Below, one piece after another: positions 13,273 through 27,030 of a stretch of 64,000 bases of DNA (positions within the stretch are counted from its first letter, which is position 1; each line of letters starts with the position of its first letter). A model generated the notes under the pieces. That model was not told the DNA's origin and did not search any database. It saw nothing but the letters and a program-made list of their open reading frames with translations. Source of the stretch: Eledone cirrhosa (lineage: Eukaryota); contig OZ024747.1 of the NCBI GenBank assembly GCA_964016885.1, positions 9,858,001-9,922,000 of the forward strand, in the 5' to 3' direction. The position numbers and the translations under genes are program-made.

Positions 13273-13509
13273 ATGGGGGTGTGGTAAAACACGAGGTGGA
13301 CCATAATGCACCAGTGTACTCGATGGATGGCCGGCAATGGCAACTTATTCCAATCAATGTCCACTTGGAAGATATAAGGTTCCTCGCAGTAGCTGAAGGC
13401 AACTTCTTTACATCTTTAAGGGTCTTCACCCTACTTTGTAAGCTATTTTATACTCATCTGCAGGGAAGGTGATGGCCTTCGCTAGTTTGGGATGTAAAAG
13501 TCATTGTTT

Positions 13510-13895
13510 ATTGTCCACTTTCAAAAGGGTCACAACATCAATGGAGGGTCACACCATCAATGGAGGGTACTATGATGGCTATCAAGACAAAATCTCCAGA
13601 AAAACTAATGAAGGGGTCTTGTTTCATCAGAGCTGCTCCAGCACACAAGTCCTTGGTTTCAATGGTTGCTGGCTTTGAACTGGTTTATTAGCCTCCCTAT
13701 TCTCCAGATTTGACCCCATCTAACTATCATCTGTTCCTACTATGAAGAAACTCTTGTCAGGGAACCAGTATCGCAGTGATGAGGACGTCATATCTGCTGT
13801 TGATGGCTTTTTTTACCAACTGGATGAAATCTTCTTCACTAATGGGATCTAAGCCCACACCAAAGGAAGAAGTGTGTGGACTGCAAGAGGGGATG
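13510..13895 (+). pseudogene. Mariner-family transposase C-terminal relic
   Basis: Fragmented frames give GHTING, GVLFHQ, PPYSPDLTPSNYHLF (mariner YSPDLAPSD motif) and KKCVDCKRG, with stops and frameshifts. Confidence 0.8.
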
Positions 13896-14013
13896 TTGTT
13901 GCTGTTATTGTTGTTACTATTGTTGTTGTTGTTGGTATTGTTGTTGCAATGGCTGTTGTTATTGTTGTTGCCATTGCTACTGTTGTTATTGTTGCTGTTA
14001 TTGTTCTTACTAT

Positions 14014-14200
14014 TGGGTGGTTATTGGCAGTATTGGTAGAGGGTTGGACGCCGTGCTTTCTAGCATAGTTACGTCCCTTTACAGTCTGTGTTCAAATCCC
14101 GGCGAGGTTAACTTTGCCTTTCATCCTTACGGGGTCCATAAAATAAAGTACCAGTAATGTACTGAGTAATTGCTGGCCTTGTGCCTAAAGTAGAAACAGT
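14014..14200 (+). mobile_element. SINE family B copy
   Basis: GGCAGTATTGGTAGAGGG...GTTCAAATCCC (B box)...CTTTGCCTTTCATCCTTACGGGGTC.ATAAAATAAAGTACCAG...GGCCTTGTGCC.AAAGTAGAAAC; more than 12 copies in the window. Confidence 0.88.
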
Positions 14201-14620
14201 TATTGTTCTTACTATTGTTGTTGTTGTTGTTGTTATTGTTGCTGTCATTGCTGCTGCTGTTGCAGTGGCTATTGTTGTTGTTGTTGTTGTTGTTGCTGTT
14301 GTTATTATTGCTGTTGTTCTTGTTCTTATTGGCTTTGCTGCTGCTGCTCTTATTAACTACCCCCACCCTGCCTGCTTCCTACCCACCTTGTTTCTTTATG
14401 GAGCACACCCTCACCTAGTTCTAACCCACACATACCACCTGCCTCCCTCACTCCAGCCCTCCCTCACTCCAGCCCTCCCTCACTCAAGCCCTCCTCCTAA
14501 CAGCTGTGAATACTTAGAGAGATAGCTCTGGTTAATTAGAATATGTCTGAGAAAGAAAACTGCATTGGGTGAGATATTCATTTCTCATTGTTAACAGAAA
14601 TAGTCTCTTCCTCCTCCTCC

Positions 14621-14741
14621 CTGAGTACCTGAATACCTGGGTACCTGAATACCTGGGTACCTGAATACCTGAGTACCTGAATACCTGGGTACCTGAATAC
14701 CTGGGTACCTGAATACCTGGGTACCTGAATACCTGGGTACC
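14621..14741. repeat. 16-bp minisatellite
   Basis: Unit GTACCTGAATACCTGG, about 7 copies. Confidence 0.95.
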
Positions 14742-14796
14742 ATAGATAAAACGGTTGAGATATCCCTCTCGTAATGTCTACTTCTTCTTCTTCTCC

Positions 14797-14980
14797 TCCC
14801 ACTTATTCCTGAAAGGGTTGAGAGAGTGAGGACAGAGTCCTCAAACACTCCGGCAAGTGTGTCCTGCCAGAAGCAGCTATCTCCAAGTGAGACCAGCCAA
14901 GCTCATGGATATTATCCAACCATCTTGCTTGGGGTTTACTCCTGGGTCTTCTACCAGTTGGTTTTGCCCATCAAATATGT
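14797..14980 (-). mobile_element. 3' fragment of a second RTE-like LINE family
   Basis: Reverse complement is homologous to 24490-24670 (CAAGATGGTTGGATAA...GAGTGTTTGAGGACTCTG...CAGGAATAAGTGGG). Confidence 0.7.
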
Positions 14981-15062
14981 CCACACCAATTTGAGAGATC
15001 ACAACTTTCCTTTATATTCTAATGGAAATCTTAGGAAGGGGTTAAACTATGACCCTCTGACG

Positions 15063-15224
15063 CAGGCATGGACAACCTTTATCAAGCATTGGGCCACATA
15101 GGATGTGAATCATCATAAGACAGGTCACACTAATAAAAGATTCAAGGCAATTTTGAAATGAGGCGTGCCATTTAAAACCAAACGAGTCACATGTGACTCG
15201 TGGACCATAGTTTACCCTTCACTG
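15063..15224. mobile_element. hAT-like MITE
   Basis: Termini CAGGCATGGACAAC / GTTTACCCTTCACTG; near-identical 8-bp flanks CTCTGACG / ATCTGACT. Confidence 0.5.
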
Positions 15225-15654
15225 ATCTGACTATTGTTAAAAGAAGCAAAGGTGAATCACCATTTGTTGTGATTCAGCTACAACTTAGCCATAATAAAAC
15301 ATACTTATGGTCAAAGTAAGCTTACTTTTAATCTGAAAACCCAGTCTTCAAACAACACATTAGATCTAAAATAATGATTATTTTCTACATTGGCAGAAAG
15401 CCACAAATTTGAAGTGGATCAGTGGCAGGATGGGGGTACTATAAGTGGTGATGATGATGATGGTGGTGGTGGTGGTGGTGGAATTGGTGGTACATAACTT
15501 GTACTTATTCTCTTAAAGATTCACAAGTAAACTCCCAATTTGACCCAAGAGGAATTTGAAGATCAAACGCAGAGGGTTGAAACTAAATAGTGTCAGCCAT
15601 GTTGAGAGTTTCTGTAGTTCTACCAGCCTCCTCCTAATAATAATAATAATGCTT

Positions 15655-16050
15655 TCTGATTTAGCCACAAGACCAACAAGTTAGGAGGAGGAAGGGTAAG
15701 TTGATTAAACTGACCCCAGTGTGTTACTGGTACTTTATTTTATTGAGGATGAAAGGCAAAGCTAACCACAGCAGGATTTGAATTCAGAACATAAAGGAGA
15801 GTAATTATGCCACAAAGTATGGTGTCTGATGCTCTACCGATTCTATTGTCAGTCCACCACCTATTAATAATAATGATGATTTTTAACACAGGTGCTATAC
15901 CACAAATTTGGGGAAAAGATATAATTAATGTTTAAAAGATAGGAGGCTAAGTTAACCTTGCCAGGATTTGAACTCAGAATTTAGAGAACCAGAACAAATA
16001 CTGCTTGGAATTTTATCCAATACTTTACCAATTGTACCAATCCAGTGCCA
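15655..16050 (-). mobile_element. Degenerate SINE family B copies
   Basis: CTGGTACTTTATTTT...GGATGAAAGGCAAAG...GGATTTGAA motifs. Confidence 0.7.
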
Positions 16051-16069
16051 TTATAATAATCACAATGAG

Positions 16070-16470
16070 ATACTCAACTACATCATCTTTGGCTGCCTAA
16101 TCCTTGCCAAGTCTGAATATATCGACAAATAGGATCAAGTTGGAAGCTACATTCTACTGGGCAATATGCCAACACAATGACATGAAAATGGTCAAGAAAT
16201 ATAAATGTCTACCAAACAACAGAGTACATGAGAACAACTTTACCGGAATCATCTGGTTTATGCCCTAAATTGACAAAGAAATCAATGCAAACCTTCCAGA
16301 CATAATAATCAAGGACTGTAAGTAAAACACATTTAATTGACATCTCAATCTCTTCTGATGCAAATATTTGCCATAACAAAATGAAGAAACTGTTAAAATA
16401 TGAAGATCTTCAAATGGAAATATTCAAGATGCTGGGCATAATGGTAAAAACAGTGCCACTAATAATTGTG
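16070..16470 (+). pseudogene. R4/Dong-type non-LTR retrotransposon relic (restriction-like endonuclease domain)
   Basis: Broken frames read HII.GC..LA.SEY, DQVGSYI, DKEINANLPDIIIKD, LIDISISSDANI, KYEDLQMEI and TVPLII, matching the RLE (PD..D/E) domain layout. Confidence 0.75.
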
Positions 16471-16471
16471 T

Positions 16472-17272
16472 CTACTTTAGGCACAAGGCCAGCAATTACC
16501 CAGTGCATTACTGGTACTTTATTTTATCGACCCCGTAAGGATGAAAGGTAAAGTTAACCTCGGCGGGATTTGAACTCAGATCGTAAAGGGACGTAACTAT
16601 GTTGGAAAGCATGGCGTCCGACCCTCTACCGATACTGCCAATGGCACAAGGCCAGCAGTTTGAAGGGAAGCGGGAAAGTCGATTAAATCAACCCCAGTGC
16701 ATTACTGGTGCTTTATTTTTTCAACCCTGTTAGGATGAAAGACGAAGCTAACCTCGGCAGGATTTGAACTCAGAACGTAAAGGGCTATAACTCTATGCTG
16801 CAAAGCATGGTATTCGACACTCTACCAATTCTGCCAATCCACCGCCAATAATAATAATGGTTTCTACTTTTGGCACAAGGCCAGCAATTATCCCAGTACA
16901 TTACTGGTACTTTATTTTATTGAACCCATAAGGATAAAGGCAAAGTTAACCTCAACAGGATTTGAACTCAGACTATAAAGGGTCGTAACTCTTTGCTACA
17001 AAGCAAGGTGTCCGACCCTCTACCGATTCTACCAATCCACCGCCAGTAATAATAATGGTTTCTTATATAGGCACAAGGCCAGCAATTTTTAGGGAGGGGA
17101 AAGTCGATTAAGTCGACCCCAGTGCATGACTGGTACTTTATTTTATTGACCCCATAAGGATGAAAGGCAAAGTTAACCTTGGAAGGATTTGAACTCAGGC
17201 TGTAAATGGCTGTAACTCTATGCTGAAAAGCATGGCATCCAACCCTCTACCAATACTGCCAATCCATACTGC
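16472..17272 (-). mobile_element. Four head-to-tail SINE family B copies
   Basis: Copies at about 16472-16640, 16643-16847, 16860-17045 and 17058-17272; the last three are separated by short (AAT)n. Confidence 0.88.
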
Positions 17273-17625
17273 CAGTAATAATTACTAGCAGAAACCATGG
17301 AAATTCTACATTTTCTAAATTTTCTTATTTTTATTTTAACCTCTAAACTTATAAATCTTCCTCAGATTGTTTGGTTGTTGTCGAGATATTTATGATAATG
17401 AGTTCAGTGTTGGAGTGAGATTATTGAAAAACAAAATAGGATTCTGATAATTAGTTGTGTTAGTAACAATATAGCTACATGGTAATCAATCCTCCAGTCT
17501 ACTGTTCAATTTACATTTGATATTGATTGATTGTTTCTTACAAACTGTAAACAGCTTCCTTGTAGACACAATATGGCTGAAATGGTGAAGAAGGTTGCTT
17601 TACAATCATTAGGTCTTACTGCAAG

Positions 17626-17876
17626 CAGGGCTGGATTTAATGGGGTGGGGGAGCAAAGAGAGCAATTGCCTCGGTCCCCCTGCAGTGGAGGACTTCACCA
17701 ACAATGGCCGTAGCAATTTATTTGTGCCCTCAGCTGGGCTTTTTAGTTTTAGGATGGTTAGAATTTTTTTATTTAATACTTGTATGTATAACTTTTCAAT
17801 TCCAATTATTTGCTGTGTATTCTAATATTTTCTGTATGAGGGGCCCGAGCACCCAAAGGTTTTAAATTCAATTCTG
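17626..17876. mobile_element. hAT-type MITE with 8-bp TSD
   Basis: Termini CAGGGCTGGATTTAA / TTAAATTCAATTCTG; perfect TSD ACTGCAAG at 17618-17625 and 17877-17884. Confidence 0.8.
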
Positions 17877-18344
17877 ACTGCAAGACATCTCGGGCAAGTT
17901 TCATTTACTATAGCCCTGGGTCAACTTGTACCTGGGTAGACAGAAACAGTTTGGAAGCAAGTTGGATAGACTGTACCAGTGATTCAATAGGCCACCCTTG
18001 TCATACACTGTGTTATACTGATTCTGAATCTCCCTGAGGATTATGTCAAGTGTACAAATATCTGTGGAGTGCTCGGCCACTTACATGTTAATATCATGAG
18101 TGAGATGTTCCATTGATCGATCAACCGGAACACTCATCGTCAAAACTGATTCCAATCAGTACTGTTCAATAAAATTATTATTAGATTCTCCAGCCGCTGT
18201 ATCAATATGAATCACTTACAATAACATTTCGTCAAAGATAGATTAACAGACTTTAATAAGCGGGGAGGGGGTTGGGGTGGGGGGGGCCAGAAAAATTAAT
18301 AATTGTGGGGGAAGTGGTGGGGGGCACGATTATTCAAGACCTGA

Positions 18345-18820
18345 CTATGTATTTCAAGACTTTATACACAGGAGAGCTCTACTTAGCTGTATTGAGACCT
18401 CTAGCTGTGTAACATTATATATAATTACAACATAATGTATTTCAAGACTTTATACACAGGAGAGCTCTACTTAGCTGCATTGAGGCCTCTGTATCGGTAG
18501 AGGGTCGGACCCCATGCTTTCCAGCATAGTTAGGTCCCTTTACCATCTGAGTTCACCCCGTCGAGCTTTCTTTGCCTTTCATCCTTACAGAGTCGATAAA
18601 ATAAAGTACCAGTAACGCACTGAGATAATTGCTGGCCTTGTGCCAAAAGTAGAAACAATTATATATAATTACAACATAACGTATTTCAAGACTTTATACA
18701 CAGGAGAGCTCTACTTAGCTGTGTAACATTATATATAATCACACCATAACATATTTCCTGACTTTATACACAGGAGAGCTCTACTCAGTTGTATTGAGGC
18801 TTCAAGCTGTGTAACATTAT
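18345..18820. repeat. Degenerate ~80-90 bp tandem repeat (4 units) interrupted by a SINE B (18490-18660, +)
   Basis: Core GACTTTATACACAGGAGAGCTCTACT appears four times; the SINE B body lies between units 2 and 3. Confidence 0.85.
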
Positions 18821-18863
18821 AAGAATATAAGCTTAATGTATTTGCGTTGCTTATATTTTAATG

Positions 18864-18903
<40 letters not shown>

Positions 18904-19912
18904 TTCATCATAATCATACATATATACATATGTACATCATCATATATATATATATATATGTATATACATTTTCCATGTCCTTATCTGCTGTGAGTGTGTG
19001 TATGGATGTGGATATGTGTGTGTGTGCATGTATATATAGATGCTTCTGTGTGTGTGTGTGTGTATACATATATATATGTGTGTGTGTGTTCATATATAAA
19101 GCTGAACTAGTTAATAAAAATATATTGAGGATAGAGAAAGTACAGACTAGTTGTGTTAGAATCTAACTAGTGTCTATGGTTATGACTTGGCTTCTATACT
19201 TATATATATGTGTGTGTGTGTGTGTTACATTGAGAGAGTGTTATAGTTTGTGTGTGTGTGCGTGTGTTAAAGAGAGAGAGTATGTATTATAGTTTGTATG
19301 TGTATTAGTGTGTGCATGAGAGAGTGTTTGTATGTGTTCAGAGCTTGACTTCTATACTTATATATATGTATATATATATATATATATGTGTGTATATATA
19401 TATATATATATGTGTGATAGAGAGAGAGAGTGTGTGAGTGTGTTATAGTTTGTATGTGTGTTAGTGTGTATGTGTCTGTTAGTGTGTTTGTGTCTGTGTG
19501 TGTCTGTGTGTGTGTTTGTGTCTGTGTGAGTTCTGTTGGTAATATTATCCAGGTAGTTTTTCATTGTTAACATATATGTATGAGTGTGTGTATGTGAGAA
19601 TATGTGTGTGTGTGGGGGATCTGTCTGTGTGTGTGATGGTTTGCATGTAGTTATGTGTGTACGTGCATGTTTATGTATGTATGTGTGTTTACGTATGTGT
19701 GTACATGTGTGTTTATGTATGTATATATGTGTATGTATGAATGTATGTATGTATATGTATGTGTGTTTACGTATGTGTTTTTATGTATGTGTATGTATGT
19801 ATGTATGTGTATGTATGTGTATGTATGTGTATGTATGTATGAATGTATGTGTGATGTTTTACAGGTAATAGCTGCATCACTGTGAAGTAATAAAAAAGAT
19901 TCAGATGCAGGG

Positions 19913-20705
<793 letters not shown>

Positions 20706-20765
20706 CATCTCTTCATTTCTATTAAGGTATTCACTTGTTCAACTACTCAATAATTGATATTGCTT

Positions 20766-20829
<64 letters not shown>

Positions 20830-21006
20830 ATATATATATATATATTTCTCCTTCTCTCTTTACCCCTTTCGCTCCCTCCATTTCTCCTTCTCTCCCCCTC
20901 TCTCTGTCATGTATACATATATATATATATATAGGTATTCCCAAAGGGGATTGTGGGGTGAATGAAACAGTTCTAGTCCTGTCGAAGTCATTTGTATACA
21001 ATATAC

Positions 21007-21057
21007 AGATTCCTGATGATTTCTAATGAATGAAACAGTTCTAGTCCTGTAGAATCT
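21007..21057 (+). ncRNA. Type I hammerhead ribozyme, family H2
   Basis: AGATTC-CTGATGA-tTTC taat GAAt-GAAACAG ttctagtc CTGT-A-GAATCT: 6-bp stem I, 3-bp stem II, 4-bp stem III, GUA cleavage triplet. Core intact except U.U at 10.1/11.1. Confidence 0.8.
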
Positions 21058-21249
21058 CATCTATATTAAAACTGTTATACTCTGCTATGTATTGAGTACC
21101 TTACTTACTGTGGTTACCTCCGATTCAACCCGGAATAACGTATATATACATATATATATATTTATATAGATAGATAAGATATATATATAGATAGATATAT
21201 ATATATGCACACAACTAACTCATGCCATTTCCTCTTTCAGCCAATTGTC

Positions 21250-21329
<80 letters not shown>

Positions 21330-21538
21330 CTCTCTCCCTCTCATGCACTAACAGATGCAAAATACACATGCATATATACATGCACAAACACACTCACACA
21401 TACACATATCAACATTCACACACACACACACCAACAGACAGCTACACACACGTATATACAACAACACTTACGCACTCACACACACACATCTACAGACAGC
21501 TACACATCTACTCACAGTCACTGACACACACATAGACA

Positions 21539-21569
<31 letters not shown>

Positions 21570-22052
21570 TCAATCACACACATTTACAGACAGCTACACA
21601 CACATCTACTGACACTCACTCACACACTGATAGACAGCTCTACACTAATAAACATACATTCGCTCACACACACACACATTCACACACACACACACACACA
21701 TGTTCACTGATATACACACACACATTCGCTCACACACACACACACATTCAATCACACACACACATTCACTCACACACACACATATTCACTGATATACACA
21801 CACACATTCGCTCACACACACACACACACACATTCAATCACACACATCTACAGCTCTACACATCTACTCACAGTCACTCACACACACTCACATACAGCCA
21901 TACACCTACACACAGCTGATATATATAAGGAGCAGTCCAACCAGTATCTCATCATTTCGTATTCGACTACTGGCGGTGGCTGCGTACCCTCACCTTTCCC
22001 ATGACTACCCTCAATGTTTTTCACCAGGTAATACACACTTTATCTCTCCCCC

Positions 22053-22120
<68 letters not shown>

Positions 22121-22191
22121 GTATTTGATCTCTTTAGATTTTCTATTTATTTTGGTGTGTTTTTATATATATACACTCTCTCATGTATAGA

Positions 22192-22256
<65 letters not shown>

Positions 22257-22305
22257 ATATATAGTTTACAATTTCATATTTTTTAAAATTCTTAACTGAT
22301 TTGTC

Positions 22306-22348
<43 letters not shown>

Positions 22349-22835
22349 CTCTTTCTTTCTTCCTCTCTTTCTTTCTTCCTCTCTCTTTTTCTGTCTCTCT
22401 CTCTCTTTCTTGTTCTCTCTTTCTCTTTTCTTGTTTGTCTTTTTCTTTCTTCGTCATCATTGGTTTTTGCGTCTTTCTTTCTCTTTCTCACATACATACG
22501 TACACACACACATACACTCACACATACATACGCACACATACACACACATACAGACACACACACATGTGATTAAAACTCCTTCAGTTTTTGTTATTGTGTT
22601 TTGTAGCTGTTCAATCCCCAGGGTTATCAACTCATTGCATTCTAGTTTAACTGGTTGAGTATTCCAACCACACCTTTACCTTTAATGTAATCAACAGGTA
22701 CAACTCTACCTGATGATCTTCTACTCAGCTTTATCCAATTCAATAAGCATTCAATAGGGTCATATTGACCCACAACAACCTAACGGGTCGTATAGTTGAC
22801 TCAAACACACAGTCTCTTCTTCATTATATATCTAA

Positions 22836-23013
22836 AGGTGGATTGGCAGTATCAGTAGAGTGTCAGACACCATGCTTTACAGCATAGAGTTATGACCCAT
22901 TACCTCCTGAGTTCAAATCCCCCCGAGGTTTTCATCCTTATGAGGTTGATAAAATAAAGTACCAGTAATGCACTGGGGTAATTGCTGGCCTTGTGCCAAA
23001 AGTAGAAACAATT
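22836..23013 (+). mobile_element. SINE family B copy
   Basis: Homologous to the other B copies, with a small internal deletion. Confidence 0.85.
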
Positions 23014-23072
23014 ATTTTTATATATCTAACTTCTTTAATGTTTCGACATACAATTACCCACAATCCACACGT

Positions 23073-23123
<51 letters not shown>

Positions 23124-23127
<4 letters not shown>

Positions 23128-23221
23128 GTGTCCCAAAAATGTATACACAAAAGCTGTGTATTCTAATAAATATTGCCTGTACAGGTAATCAAACTGTGTA
23201 TACATTTTATGAGACACCCTG
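23124..23221. mobile_element. Tc1/mariner-type mini-MITE (98 bp)
   Basis: TIRs CAGAGTGTCCCAAAAATGTATACACA / TGTGTATACATTTTATGAGACACCCTG, flanked by TA. Confidence 0.8.
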
Positions 23222-23347
23222 TATATATATATATAGCATTGAGTCTTCTGATTTTTCTATGAATAAATATGTATATATATATATATCACAGTTTAACATC
23301 CATTTGTCATACTTGCATGGGTATATATATATATATATATATATATA

Positions 23348-23424
23348 TTACCCACTCTACTACCCTAAGTATTGAGTACTTTGGTGCGTTATGGTCCACC
23401 TGGTTCCTTACCACTTTTCCTTCG

Positions 23425-23426
<2 letters not shown>
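23348..23426 (+). mobile_element. Tail-only copy of family H3
   Basis: TTACCCACTCTACTACCCTAAGTATTGAGTACTTTGGTGCGTTATGGTCCACCTGGTTCC, between (TA)n tracts. Confidence 0.75.
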
Positions 23427-23461
<35 letters not shown>

Positions 23462-23553
23462 TCAAGGTGACAACAAACAGAGGTACAAAAAATCTTATTT
23501 GTTTTCTCATTTTCCCCTGTGCCTTCCTTTTATCAATCTTCTATTTCTAATTC

Positions 23554-23593
23554 TGTCTTTTGATGAAGGACTAGCGTCTGAAACGTTAAGGCA
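23554..23593 (+). ncRNA. Type I minimal hammerhead, family H1 (C3->U variant)
   Basis: TGTCTT-tTGATGA-a-GGAC tagc GTCT-GAAACGT-T-AAGGCA; stem I TGTCTT/AAGGCA, palindromic ACGT stem III. Confidence 0.65.
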
Positions 23594-24409
23594 CTCTTCC
23601 TGCTATTTCAAGCATTAAACTAATATATTTCTTCCATCTACTGTGCCGTTTGTTTTCTTATTTTTGTTATTTCTATTTACCTTTTACATACATTTGTGTG
23701 TGTACGTGTGTGTGTGTGTGTATGTATAAATGTGTGTACATATATGTGTGTGAGTGCACCCACAATGCATACATGTGTGTGTGTATATATATATATATAT
23801 GTGTGTATGTGTGTGTGTGTGCATGTGTGCATAAATGTATGTGCATATATGTGTGTGTGAGTGCAAGTGTATGTTTGTGTGTGTGTGAAAAAGAAAGAGA
23901 TGACAACAGAAAATGAAGGAAAAATAGAGAGACATTAGAAAAACACACACACACACACACACACACATGCACACGCATCATCAACATCAACATTTTTATG
24001 TCAACTTTTTCATGCTGGTATGGATGTCAGATGGAAGTTACAGCTGGCTGCCCTTCCTGACACCAACTCCCCTTTTGTCACCTCTTACAATGGTCAGGGA
24101 TATGGTTGACCTATTCTAAACCAGGAAATAAACTATTAGAAAACAAGGTGAACTACCTTTGGCTATTTTGTAGAGTTTCTTAACAAGATACTTCCTTGAA
24201 CATTACCTAAGGTACATGGCTTGGTGGTTAGAGAATTGGATTCACAATGATGGGGTTGTGAGTTTGATGTGTTATGTTGTTCTTTCTGCCAGGAGTTGCA
24301 ACCAGAAAATGGTATCAGTAATGGAAACATTGTTTCCTTGGTCCAATTTCATGAGTTCTGCCCCCACTTGGTAAGGGAATGAAGTTTGGGATTTTGTCAA
24401 TTATGGTAT

Positions 24410-24670
24410 TTCTTGAGAGATCACAGCTCTGATACTATGGGCATGTGGTTAGAATGTCTCAGGAAAGAATCGCCAAACAGATCTATGGACAAAACCAACT
24501 CACAGGAGATCCAGGAGTTGACCCCCAGCAAGATGGTTGGATAACATCCTTGAGCTTGGCTCGTCTCACTTGGGGATCCAACCAAATCAGTTGGTGATGG
24601 TTGCTTCTGACAGAACCTGCTAGGAGTGTTTGAGGACTCTGACCCCACAACCCTCTCAGGAATAAGTGGG
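24410..24670 (+). mobile_element. 3' fragment of the second RTE-like LINE family
   Basis: Translates with stops as LERSQL*YYGHVVRMSQERIAKQI...RWLDNILEL; ends CAGGAATAAGTGGG like the 14.8-kb copy. Confidence 0.75.
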
Positions 24671-26010
24671 CAAATCTGGAGAAGAAAGATCTGGAAGCTG
24701 AAAGACCCCTCAGCCAGTAACAGTTGTAAAGATATTTTACGCAACGCCTATGACAGTAAAGAAGAACGGATAGAGACATTCAATGTAGAAGAGCACTGGG
24801 AGTTCCTAAAAAATAACTTACTAAAGGCGACGGATGAGATCTGTGGCTGGAGTAAGACCACAGGCAGGAGGAGAGTGACTTGGTGGTGGAACAATAAGGT
24901 AGATAAGGCAGTTAAGGCCAAGAGACCAGCATGGAAAGAATGGAAGAATGGGGGAAGCAGGGTACATTACATAGAGTCCAGGAGGAAAGCTAGGCGACAA
25001 GAATACTTAGCTAGGAGGGAAGCAGAGGATAGAAAATTCAAGCATGTTTTGCAACGTGAGGACCAGAAACAGGGGGTGTTCAAGATTGCGAGGCAGTGTG
25101 TCAGAGAAAATTGTGATGTCATTGGAGAGAAGTGTATCCGGAATGATAAAGGTGAGCTTGCCCTCACAAGTGCTGAGAAGAAAGATGCATGGAAGAGCCA
25201 TTATGATAGATTACTAAATGAGGAGAATGCATGGGAAGAAGAGACCCTACCCCAAGTAGACCCTATAGAGGGGCCAGCAGTACAAGTGAGCAGCAGCATA
25301 GTAAGTAAGGCAATCAAAGATATGAAGACAGGGAAGGCAACCGGTCCATCGGGTATAGCTGCTGAGATGCTGAAGGCATCTGGGTCGGTAGGTCACACCA
25401 TAACCACATGTATTGTTAACCAGGTAATACTAGGTGCCATACCAAAGGATTGGTGCAGTAGCATCATTGTCAACTGCTACAAAAGTAAAGGTGATGCACT
25501 AGATAGAGGAAACTATAGAGGTATAAAGCTGATGGACCAGGTCATGAAAGTAACAGAAAGAGTTATAGCACAGTTGATTAAGGACTGGGTGAAACTAGAT
25601 GAGATGCAATTTGGGTTTGTGCCAGGAAGAGGCACCACTGATGCCCTCTTCCTTGTGAGGCAGTTACAGGAAAAGTACCTAGCTAAAAGCAAGCCACTCT
25701 ACCAGGCATTCGTCGATCTTGAGAAAGCCTTTGACAGTTCCACGTGCTATAATCTGGTGGACTCTTAGAAAACTAGGAGTAGATGAATGGCTTGTGAAAG
25801 CTGTACAAACCATGTATAGGGGAGCAGTCAGCAAAGTTAGGATTAGCAATGAGTATAGCAAGGAATTTAGCGTACAGGTTGGTGTCCACCAGGGCTCTGT
25901 TCTTAGTCCTCTAAGCTTAACTAAGAATGACACTGCCCACAACAGGACAACCCGTCTAACCCATGCTAGCGTGGAAGAACGGACGTAAAACGGTGATGAT
26001 GATGATGATA
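24671..26010 (+). mobile_element. RTE-clade LINE: 5'-truncated, frameshifted, internally deleted
   Basis: Motifs WWWN, GKATGPSG, NYRGIKLM, QFGFVPGRGTTDA, AFVDLEKAFD, then a frameshift to VPR...VGVHQGSVLSP. Breaks off at about 25912, before the YADD motif, and joins the RTE 3' tail CCCATGCTAGCGTGGAAGAACGGACGTAAAAC-(GAT)n. Confidence 0.93.
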
Positions 26011-26053
26011 TATATAGATGATGATGATGATATATATATATATATATATATAA

Positions 26054-26210
26054 TTTAATATAGAAATGGCTTCTACAAGACTAGAACTGTTTCATTCGAA
26101 AGAAATCATCAGGTCCTGTAGAAGCCATTTCTATATTAAACTTTGTGTGTACTCTACTAATGTATTGAGTACTTCACTTATTGTGGTTACCCCTGATTGA
26201 ACCCGGGGCT
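26054..26210 (+). mobile_element. Family H2 element with inverted 5' segment (hammerhead core on the minus strand, 26066-26112)
   Basis: 28-bp inverted arms 26054-26081 / 26113-26140 enclose the reverse complement of CTGATGATTTCTTTCGAATGAAACAGTTCTAG. The tail matches 21044-21135. Confidence 0.8.
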
Positions 26211-26233
26211 CACACACACACATATATATATTG

Positions 26234-26267
<34 letters not shown>

Positions 26268-26554
26268 AGGTTAGTTAGTATATTCGATGACTGAACACTA
26301 AATTTAACAAATGTGGTGCTGTCAAATGTAACAAGTAATAATAATAATATTAATATTATTATTATTATTGATGATGTTGTAAATGAATGACTGTCTTTGT
26401 AAATAATTGATAAGTTAGGATTTATTGATTTCAGTGATTATCTGTGCACCTATCTAGTATTGATACTTTATTATTATAATAACATGATGAATTTCTTTGA
26501 TTACGGCATTAGGCCAGAAATGTCAAAGTAATTGATTTAGTGTTTACTCCCCCT

Positions 26555-27030
26555 CACACTACACCACACCACACCACACTATACCACACTACAATACACA
26601 ACATAACACTACACCACACTACACTATACCACACCACACCACATCACATCACACCACAACACCACACTACACTATACCAAACCACAATATACAACATAAC
26701 ACTACACTACACCACTACACCATACTATACCACAGCACACTATACCACACTACAATACACAACATAACACTACACCACACCACACTACACTATACCACAC
26801 CACATCACGCCACAACAGCACACTACACTATACCAAACCACAATATACAACATAACACTACACCACACTACACCACACTACATTACACCACACCACACTA
26901 CAACACACCACACCACACTACAACACACCACACTATACTACACCACAACACACCACACCACACTACAATACACCACACCACACTACAATACACCATACCA
27001 TACCACACTACAAGACACCACACTACACCT
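26555..27030. repeat. Degenerate (CACCA/CACTA)n pentanucleotide repeat
   Basis: Seen directly in the sequence. Confidence 0.92.
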
